In this document: in pieces, positions 57,391 to 64,000 of the stretch | Position numbering within the stretch: position 1 is the stretch's first letter | Layout of the letters: each line of letters opens with the position of its first letter | From: a virus | DNA length: 64,000 nucleotides | Direction: 5' to 3' (one strand) | IMG/VR virus record: IMGVR_UViG_2974595885_000001 | Coordinates: 5,534 to 69,533 of that record | Notes under the pieces: model-generated | The model's input: the letters and a program-made list of their open reading frames with translations, nothing else | The model's database searches: none | What the model was told of the DNA's origin: nothing | Program-made: the position numbers and the translations under genes

Positions 57391-58734
57391 TTAGCTCCCC
57401 AGACTGTTGTTGCTCCGTACAGCAGCCAGAACCTCGTTGATCTCGTTGTTGGTCAACTGGGTAGGAGCAGTCAGACCTTCATCCAGAGTTTTCTGGGTGA
57501 TCCACGAGTCCAGATACATCTTCGCAGTCTTGTGCTGAGAGTCTTTGACGAACGAGTCGATCTGTTGGTCATACAGGTCTTTCTGTTTACCAACCGAACC
57601 CTCAACAGTCGCACCATCGGTACGAGTATCCAGAGTTTTCGCACGCTCACTTTCACGCTGTTCAGTGGTGAGGTCGATCTGTTTACCGACCAGTTCCACC
57701 TGACGAGGCAGTTGGTTGGCCAGAACATAGTCTTTTGTCTGGTTGTCCCAGTCGAGACCTTCTTTCTGCAAACCAATCACACCAGACACAGGAGTGAGAC
57801 CATCCCGACGAGTGTCGAGAGTTTGAGCACGAGCCTGTTCAATCTGTTCGAAGATAGCTTCCGACTCTGCAGGCTGACGAACGTTAAGAACGTGTTGTGC
57901 CTGAGCGTATTGGTTCGGAAGGATCTTTTCGAGGTTGTAGGTAGCAGTCTCAGACTCCACACCAGCAATCTCGTTCTGAATTTCCTTCAGAGCCTTCTCC
58001 AGAGGAAGAATTTCATGGTTCGTGTATTCTGCAGCAGCAGCTTGTGCAGGCAGGATACGATCCACCTGAAACTCATTCATCGCCACAGTGGAAGGCATCA
58101 CAGCGTTACGTTCGTAATGCTTGATAGCCACTTCAGCAGGGGCAGTGTAGTTCAGGTTGTACTCAGCCAGAGCATTGTTGATGGTCACACCATCATGTTC
58201 AGCTTCGACCACAGCAGTCTGCATCTTCGTCATGGCAAAGTTTGCAGCAGTGAGGTTCATATCGAAACCAGCTTTGGCAGTTTCAATCTTGGCTTTCTCC
58301 AGTTCAATCAGAGCCATGGTAGCCTGAATCTCCACGATCCGAGCTTGCATCTGAGCCTGAATAGCAGCCCATTTGGACTGATCTTTCTGAAGAGCAAAAC
58401 TTGTAGCGTTGGACAAAACACTCTGAGTAACAGCAGTGTAGACCTCAGCATATTGGGCAGTTGTCAGACGACCAGCTTTGAACTCACGCTCCATATGGAG
58501 ATCGAGAGCAGCCATCATCTTGTCAAATGCACCATCCCCTTCAAGGGAAACGGTTGTCACATCGTCGATACTGACAGGAGTAGTATCCTGATACAGAACC
58601 GAAGAACTGTCTGGATCGAAGGAATACTTGTCCTCCGAAAAGTCAGGAGCCTCCGGGATATCAATCCCGGAGGTCAGTGTTGCAAACAGGCTATTCGCCA
58701 GTTCCGATGAATTGTCGAGATTCTCTACAGCCAT
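57391..58734 (-). CDS. Structural protein (N4 gp54-like)
   Basis: 447 aa, helical, LEGDGAFDKMM, ends GSVGKQKDLY...QKTLDEG; synteny. Confidence 0.75.
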   Translation of the reverse strand: MAVENLDNSSELANSLFATLTSGIDIPEAPDFSEDKYSFDPDSSSVLYQDTTPVSIDDVTTVSLEGDGAFDKMMAALDLHMEREFKAGRLTTAQYAEVYTAVTQSVLSNATSFALQKDQSKWAAIQAQMQARIVEIQATMALIELEKAKIETAKAGFDMNLTAANFAMTKMQTAVVEAEHDGVTINNALAEYNLNYTAPAEVAIKHYERNAVMPSTVAMNEFQVDRILPAQAAAAEYTNHEILPLEKALKEIQNEIAGVESETATYNLEKILPNQYAQAQHVLNVRQPAESEAIFEQIEQARAQTLDTRRDGLTPVSGVIGLQKEGLDWDNQTKDYVLANQLPRQVELVGKQIDLTTEQRESERAKTLDTRTDGATVEGSVGKQKDLYDQQIDSFVKDSQHKTAKMYLDSWITQKTLDEGLTAPTQLTNNEINEVLAAVRSNNSLGS

Positions 58735-58756
58735 AGCCTGCTTTCCTTCTTGTCAG

Positions 58757-59470
58757 TTAACCGACAGCCCCACGAGCCTTTTGATCTTGAGCCAGAGCTT
58801 TCAACTCTTCAGGAGTCAGAGGCGGAAGAACTTCGATTGCGAATTTCGGTACAAGAGAGGTTTTATACTCTTTCACACCAAAAGCCGACCCTTTCTTCTT
58901 GATCTCTTTCCGGAGAGCATATTTCCGGCGTTTCAGTTCCTTGAGAATGATCTCAGGAACGTGATAACCGTACTCGTTCTCTTCGCCATAGGGGATGTAT
59001 TTCTTCACGGTGCCAGCGTACTTGTTGTGGACTGTGACGATTGCACCGGGAACATCCTGATCATTGGGATCCAGATTGGTAATCCGAACACGGTGAAGAC
59101 GGGTGGCTTTCGCTTTGACGATCCGACGCTTCAGGAACTCGTTGTTCGTTGCGTTGGGGTCCATTTCGTAGAGTTCGTCCATTGAGTACGCACTTACAGG
59201 TTTTTCGTCAGAAGCATTGGTCGGAGCCAAAGAAACCGAATCACCAGCAGCAGCCAGAGCCTGCAGAACAGGATCATTGGGGTCGCCTTCAGAATCGGGA
59301 ACTTCATCCAAAACCAGTTCAGCCAGAATGTTGGTTTTGAGTTTTTCCACCCCGGTATTCCCGGAGTATGTGACGCCAACGAAGTCTGCAGCAGCACGAA
59401 GAACGTCTTTGTCTTCAGAGTCACGAACCAGTTGAGCGATCTCTTCAGGGGTAAGTTTGGTAAAGTCCAT
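58757..59470 (-). CDS. Conserved N4-like protein (gp55-like)
   Basis: 237 aa, RVRITNLDPND and GYHVPEII, downstream of the capsid gene. Confidence 0.72.
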   Translation of the reverse strand: MDFTKLTPEEIAQLVRDSEDKDVLRAAADFVGVTYSGNTGVEKLKTNILAELVLDEVPDSEGDPNDPVLQALAAAGDSVSLAPTNASDEKPVSAYSMDELYEMDPNATNNEFLKRRIVKAKATRLHRVRITNLDPNDQDVPGAIVTVHNKYAGTVKKYIPYGEENEYGYHVPEIILKELKRRKYALRKEIKKKGSAFGVKEYKTSLVPKFAIEVLPPLTPEELKALAQDQKARGAVG

Positions 59471-59548
59471 TGGGATATCCTTTATCCATGGTTGGTTACA
59501 GGTGATTTGGGGACTAGCACAGGATTTAGGCTATGACCAGTATAAACG

Positions 59549-59579
59549 AAAAAGACCGCCCCCGAAGGGACGGCCTCTT
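59549..59579 (-). terminator. Rho-independent terminator after the major capsid gene
   Basis: Minus strand AAGAGGCCGTCCC-TTCG-GGGGCGGTCTTTTT, a UUCG tetraloop followed by a U-tract. Confidence 0.85.
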
Positions 59580-59598
59580 AGCTTGGAAGATCTGAGTC

Positions 59599-60783
59599 TT
59601 ACTCAGGGATCGGGCTGTAAGCCACGGCAATCCGCTCACCACGGAGCTTGATGAAGCCGTACCAGAAGCTGATCGAGGAGAAGCCCAGTTTACCGTAGGG
59701 GTCACGGTAGTCTGCACGTTCAACACCCGGCTTCTTGACGATGATCCGGAACTTCTGCTTGCCTTTGCCACCCATGCCTTGCAGGCCGATGGTAGCGAAC
59801 GACTCATCACCAACCACAAGGATCGGAGCCACGTCGTAGTTGCCACCAGTGACTTGGTAACCAGCGTTGGTCCCTTCAGCAGCACCAGCACCTGCCCAGT
59901 GCATCATCTGAGGAACAACGACGATCCGCAGGTGAGCACCCGGAATGGCACCGATTTCACCGTTCATGATGGTAGCCGCATCAGCGTACTGTTCCACAGG
60001 AACGTAGCCCGACATCTCGGTGAACATGATCTGCAGTTCCGAACCGATGTAAGCGATACGGCTTGCCGAGATCACTTTGGTGTCGGTCATACGGGAACCT
60101 TTGATGATGGTCGTTTTCTTGGGTGTACGGTTGTCATCCAAGATGATCGACATCTTCTGCAGGTCCGTTTTGGTCAGCAGAGTTTCAGCACCAGAGGCAC
60201 CGGAAACTTCGTCCACGTCGGTAGCAGTACCACCAAAGACTTTCACATCGGCTGCGTTCAGCAGGTCGATCTGAAGAAGGTCTTCGTTGATCTCGTTCGC
60301 ACCACGAAGCATCTCACGGCTCAGGTGGCCATAGAGTTCGGAGTCCGTATCGAACATCAGCGAATCTTCAGTGAATTCCGTGAAGAAGCCGTATTCAGCG
60401 ATTTGACCAGTCCGTTCCAGACGGGTGAAACCAACACGGTTCACACGGCCACCATCTTCGGTGAGCGTCGGCATTTTGCCAGAGATCGTACCAACGTCAC
60501 GCGAACCCATGTAGAGACCAGCATCACTGGTATCAGCACCGGCAGCGTCCAGACCTTGGTCAGACACGTTGAGGTCGTCGAGCAGAGGCACGTAGTAGAA
60601 CACTTTCAGTTCTTTACCGTAGTGCTTCGGCATCGATTTCACGTCAGCCAGCGGAGAGAAGAACATCTCTTCGGCAGCATCCATGAGCGATTTGCGGTCC
60701 CAGTAATGGGTGTTGAACTGAGGACCAATCGAGGACTGATTACCAGCCACACCGACTTTGGGAGCGTTATAAATCTGAGCCAT
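59599..60783 (-). CDS. Major capsid protein (N4 gp56-like)
   Basis: 394 aa, DVKSMPKHYGKELK, GGRVNRVGF and DPYGKLGFSSISFWYG. Confidence 0.92.
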   Translation of the reverse strand: MAQIYNAPKVGVAGNQSSIGPQFNTHYWDRKSLMDAAEEMFFSPLADVKSMPKHYGKELKVFYYVPLLDDLNVSDQGLDAAGADTSDAGLYMGSRDVGTISGKMPTLTEDGGRVNRVGFTRLERTGQIAEYGFFTEFTEDSLMFDTDSELYGHLSREMLRGANEINEDLLQIDLLNAADVKVFGGTATDVDEVSGASGAETLLTKTDLQKMSIILDDNRTPKKTTIIKGSRMTDTKVISASRIAYIGSELQIMFTEMSGYVPVEQYADAATIMNGEIGAIPGAHLRIVVVPQMMHWAGAGAAEGTNAGYQVTGGNYDVAPILVVGDESFATIGLQGMGGKGKQKFRIIVKKPGVERADYRDPYGKLGFSSISFWYGFIKLRGERIAVAYSPIPE

Positions 60784-60823
60784 GTCGCATTCCTTTCATG
60801 ATTTTAGCGTGTGCTCGTTTCAG

Positions 60824-62182
60824 TTACTTCGGAGGTGCAAGTTTTGCGAATTCCTCGTCAGACAGATTGTCATAGTCAATCTCTTCCGTAGAAGGTGCTG
60901 ATTGCTGTGACGGAGGTGTCGAAGAAAGATGCGGATTGGGCTTCGGCTTCTTCGCTGCCGGGGCCTTCCTTGCACCTGAAGCGACTGGTTCTTTCTGAGC
61001 GGGCGCACTATTCAAGGGTGCCATCTGGGAACCATTTGCTGCAGGTTGCTCCTGAACGTTGAACACCCCGGCTTTCGCCATTGCTTCCCCAACCTGATCG
61101 AAGGCTTGGAGGAACGGTACGTCAGTAAGATATCCGACGGACTTTTGGTATTCGACTTCAGCAACCACTTTGTCGTAAACACCGCTGCTCTTCATCTCAG
61201 TCAGATTGCCCAGAATACTGGGGTCTTCCTTCAAACGAGCTTTCGACTTTGGATCCCAAGACTTGTGAATCTCACCGACAAGTTGCTGCCCTTCGGCAGA
61301 TTGCATGGTGGTCTCCAACGCATCTCGGAACTCATTGTCTTGCGAGTTTCCTGCGTAGTTGTTGCCCTGATACCGAGTTTCTTTTTCAGTATCAAGATCC
61401 ATGGTGTCAATTTTGTTGTCTTTCAACAACTTCTCGATTGCACCTTTATCCCCTTTCGACAGGTCGATCAGGAAATTCAGCTTATCGGGAGTATTCAAAC
61501 CATGGTCCTGAAGCATCCGATTGAGTTGCTTCATGGGTTTCAGTTCTTGCATCCGACGGGAGTAGTTAACCCCTTGCTGCATAAGACGAATTGCATCTTC
61601 AGGGTTACGGACAGAGAAGTCCTTACCATCGGCTTTGAACGGGGCTGTGATTTTCTGGTAGAAACCAAGAGCAGAAGTAACCTGCTCCTGAGTGACACCA
61701 TCAGGAACGACGATTTTCCCGGAACCTTTTTTGGCTTCGGGTTTCTTGTCATCAGTTTCTGCAGTTTCACCATCTTTGGTTTGGTCCGTCTCTTCTTCGG
61801 AACCAGCCTTTTCAGCATCTTCCTCAGAGACTTCCTCTCCACCATTCAGCGTTTGATCAGTTTTTCCTTCCGGATCCTCTTCCTCTGAGGCGGTGTCTTC
61901 CGCTTCCTCGGAGGTGTCATCGGTATCACCGGAATCAGTACCGCCATCAGTCCCGACAGAATCATCAGTATCATCTGTGTCGTCGGACTCTGCATGAGTT
62001 TCCTCAGTGGTTTCTTCGGTGCTGGAGTCTTCGTTGGTTTCTTCATGGTTCGGATCCAGTTGATCTGCAGTTGTTGCATAGTCAGTTTCGCCGTCGTCAG
62101 TGACTTCGATACTGTCAGGATTCAGAGCCATGAATTCATCATCGGACATGTTGTCCAGTTGTTCACGAGTAAATTTAGCCAT
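60824..62182 (-). CDS. N4 gp57-like protein (scaffold/tape-measure-like)
   Basis: 452 aa, highly acidic N-half, PFKADGK...AIRLMQQGVNY; upstream of the capsid gene. Confidence 0.78.
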   Translation of the reverse strand: MAKFTREQLDNMSDDEFMALNPDSIEVTDDGETDYATTADQLDPNHEETNEDSSTEETTEETHAESDDTDDTDDSVGTDGGTDSGDTDDTSEEAEDTASEEEDPEGKTDQTLNGGEEVSEEDAEKAGSEEETDQTKDGETAETDDKKPEAKKGSGKIVVPDGVTQEQVTSALGFYQKITAPFKADGKDFSVRNPEDAIRLMQQGVNYSRRMQELKPMKQLNRMLQDHGLNTPDKLNFLIDLSKGDKGAIEKLLKDNKIDTMDLDTEKETRYQGNNYAGNSQDNEFRDALETTMQSAEGQQLVGEIHKSWDPKSKARLKEDPSILGNLTEMKSSGVYDKVVAEVEYQKSVGYLTDVPFLQAFDQVGEAMAKAGVFNVQEQPAANGSQMAPLNSAPAQKEPVASGARKAPAAKKPKPNPHLSSTPPSQQSAPSTEEIDYDNLSDEEFAKLAPPK

Positions 62183-62221
62183 TGGAGCATCCTCTTAGCT
62201 ATGGTTAGGGTAGTTGGGGGA

Positions 62222-62611
62222 TTACTCCCCCGCTTCACCAGCCTCCAGAAGAATTGCTTCTTCACGGGCTGCTTCGAGATTTGCCAACTCAGTACGAGCA
62301 TTTGCAGCAGAATCTGCGAAGTTCTGGAGAAACGCACGGAATCGACCGATAGAGTCGAGTTCTTTCACGCAGTTCTCTTTGTTCCGTTCGGGGAGTTTAC
62401 CAGAGGCAAGAAGAGAAGCCAGACGTTGGGGTTCGGCTTTGAAATAACCTTCCATAACCAACGAAACAAAATCTGGGTTCTCAGAAAGGCGTTTCACCTT
62501 CTCACCGATTTCGATTGCAGGGAGAAGTGTCGCTTTCTGTTCAGCATACTCTTCATGGCTCAGTGGGGCTTCGAGGTCTTCTTCGCCCATAGACGCATTG
62601 TAGAGATCCAT
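62222..62611 (-). CDS. N4 gp58-like protein
   Basis: 129 aa between portal and gp57-like gene; RLSENPDF...GYF. Confidence 0.7.
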   Translation of the reverse strand: MDLYNASMGEEDLEAPLSHEEYAEQKATLLPAIEIGEKVKRLSENPDFVSLVMEGYFKAEPQRLASLLASGKLPERNKENCVKELDSIGRFRAFLQNFADSAANARTELANLEAAREEAILLEAGEAGE

Positions 62612-62666
62612 CAGTAGTCCTTTCAGGTTTTACTCCCCCAGAGTAGTCCGGGGGAGTATTTTGGGT

Positions 62667-64000
62667 TTATGCAGTTCCCAATGGACCAAGTGGCTGTTGT
62701 TGTCCAGAAAATTGTGGAGGAACCATAGAGGGATCCGAGAAACCTTGGCCCAGTCTGGGTTCAGTTTCCCGTTCATCCTTGCTTTCAGTTAGACGGTTCC
62801 AACCAATTGCAGCTTCGATATTTGCCATCGGAGCTTCACCTTTGGTAAGAGCCTTGCTGATTTCCAGATCACGGTTTCCACGAGCCTGAGCACCTTGCTT
62901 CTCGATATCACGCTCATGCTTGAGACCTGTGGCTTCATTCTGAGCATCGATCATTGCAGCCTGTGCTTGAGCTTCAGCCAACAGAGCACGAGCTTGAGAC
63001 AGTGCAACTTCTGCCTGACCCTTCTCGATTTCGATCTGAGCCATAGCTTGTTGCATCGGATCAGGTTGAGGCTGATAGGAACGAATTTGTTCAGCAAGAT
63101 CTGGCATCCGTTTGAGATCAGCCACTTTTCCGAGAATGATCTGACGAAGCATCGGATCCATATCCGGACCAACAGTCTGAAGAACGAAACCAAGATCCTG
63201 AGCACGTTGTTCATCAACAGATGCAGTGGAGATATCCACTTTCAGGTCGAAGTTTCCTTCCAGTTCAGCACGAGAGATCTCGACGAACTGTTTGTTGGTG
63301 ACACGAACAACCTCTTTCTCTTCGAGGTATACAGCGTTCATGGCGATCATCTTTTCACCGATCTTCTGAACACCTTTGGCCAGACGACGGAGAATACTCA
63401 TCTCACGAGTAGATGCAGAGTCCAGAGCACCACGGATACCTGTAGCAACAGAACCATAAGCATCACCAGATACACCACCGGAGAAAGACTTCACACCGGT
63501 CAAAGATTCAGCTTCAGCATTCTGAGCCATAATGGTTTCATGTGCAGAACGAGGAATCTCAGGATACTGCATTTGCTGGATTTGTTGACGAGGATCACCA
63601 TTCGGGTTGAACTCGAAGTCCTCACCAGAAGTGAAACGACGTTTGTTCACTGGATCCATGAAGCCTTTGGCATAACCAGTCTGAGCATTCGCAGAACGAC
63701 CCATAAGGTCAATCATACCACGAGTCACAGCACCAATGATCCGTTGGTTGTCTTGCAGCAACGAAGCATCAGCCTCACCGAACACAGAGTTCAGGATAGG
63801 CATGTAAGGAACGATGACGAACGGAGGCATGTTGTCCGGGAAGGGGTTTTCTTCCATCTGAATGACTTGCTCACCAATCCAAGTCACAACGATAGGCATC
63901 AGAACACCATCTTCATGGATGTCATGCAGACCCCAGTATTCGTAAACCAACACCTTCTTCTTGTTGGTTACTCCACGAGAATCATCGTTGGGAGTATTCG
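62667..64000 (-). CDS. Portal protein (N4 gp59-like), 5' part outside the window
   Basis: Frame is open to the window edge. YEYWG, ENPFPD..PPFV.VPY and TGVKSF..G pattern; synteny. Confidence 0.88.
   Translation of the reverse strand, partial: NTPNDDSRGVTNKKKVLVYEYWGLHDIHEDGVLMPIVVTWIGEQVIQMEENPFPDNMPPFVIVPYMPILNSVFGEADASLLQDNQRIIGAVTRGMIDLMGRSANAQTGYAKGFMDPVNKRRFTSGEDFEFNPNGDPRQQIQQMQYPEIPRSAHETIMAQNAEAESLTGVKSFSGGVSGDAYGSVATGIRGALDSASTREMSILRRLAKGVQKIGEKMIAMNAVYLEEKEVVRVTNKQFVEISRAELEGNFDLKVDISTASVDEQRAQDLGFVLQTVGPDMDPMLRQIILGKVADLKRMPDLAEQIRSYQPQPDPMQQAMAQIEIEKGQAEVALSQARALLAEAQAQAAMIDAQNEATGLKHERDIEKQGAQARGNRDLEISKALTKGEAPMANIEAAIGWNRLTESKDERETEPRLGQGFSDPSMVPPQFSGQQQPLGPLGTA

Noticed and set aside
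62631-62658. TACTCCCCC / GGGGGAGTA hairpin after the portal gene as a late terminator
   Set aside because: On the coding (minus) strand it is followed by A residues, not a U-tract. It may be a stability or processing element, but I cannot support a specific call.
1-64000. tRNA, tmRNA or rRNA genes, and integrase or transposase genes
   Set aside because: No cloverleaf with a T-loop consensus in the intergenic gaps I read, and no recombinase motifs. A tRNAscan-SE/ARAGORN run would be needed to be certain.

Overview
The window is about 64 kb of an N4-like (Schitoviridae) podophage genome, opened at an arbitrary point. The family call rests on a 3352-aa virion RNA polymerase (42204-52262, -), the two-subunit RNAPII (4406-5197 and 7739-8935), an N4 gp2-like activator, the AAA ATPase/VWA-peptidase pair, rIIA/rIIB, a Dda-like helicase, family A DNA polymerase, primase, SSB, and the minus-strand late block (ejection proteins, major capsid, portal cut by the window end). 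B12-dependent NrdJ, thioredoxin, ThyX, PhoH and a SleB-type hydrolase suggest a marine alphaproteobacterial (Roseobacter-group) host; this is inference. Early genes start near 2650, so the physical genome ends probably lie at about 1700-2600. The most notable observations are: three vRNAP-type promoters whose template hairpin appears to use tandem G·A mismatches; a dNMP kinase-ThyX fusion; an AAA ATPase ending in an SSB-like ...DNIPF tail; a candidate anti-defence cluster (metallophosphoesterase plus an Acb2/Tad1-like helical hairpin); a mid-genome adsorption module with an SGNH esterase receptor-binding protein; a macro-like/SLOG gene pair; and hairpins that bury the ribosome-binding sites of two genes. 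I saw no CRISPR array, tRNA, rRNA, integrase or intein. All family assignments come from motif recognition by eye, not from database searches.
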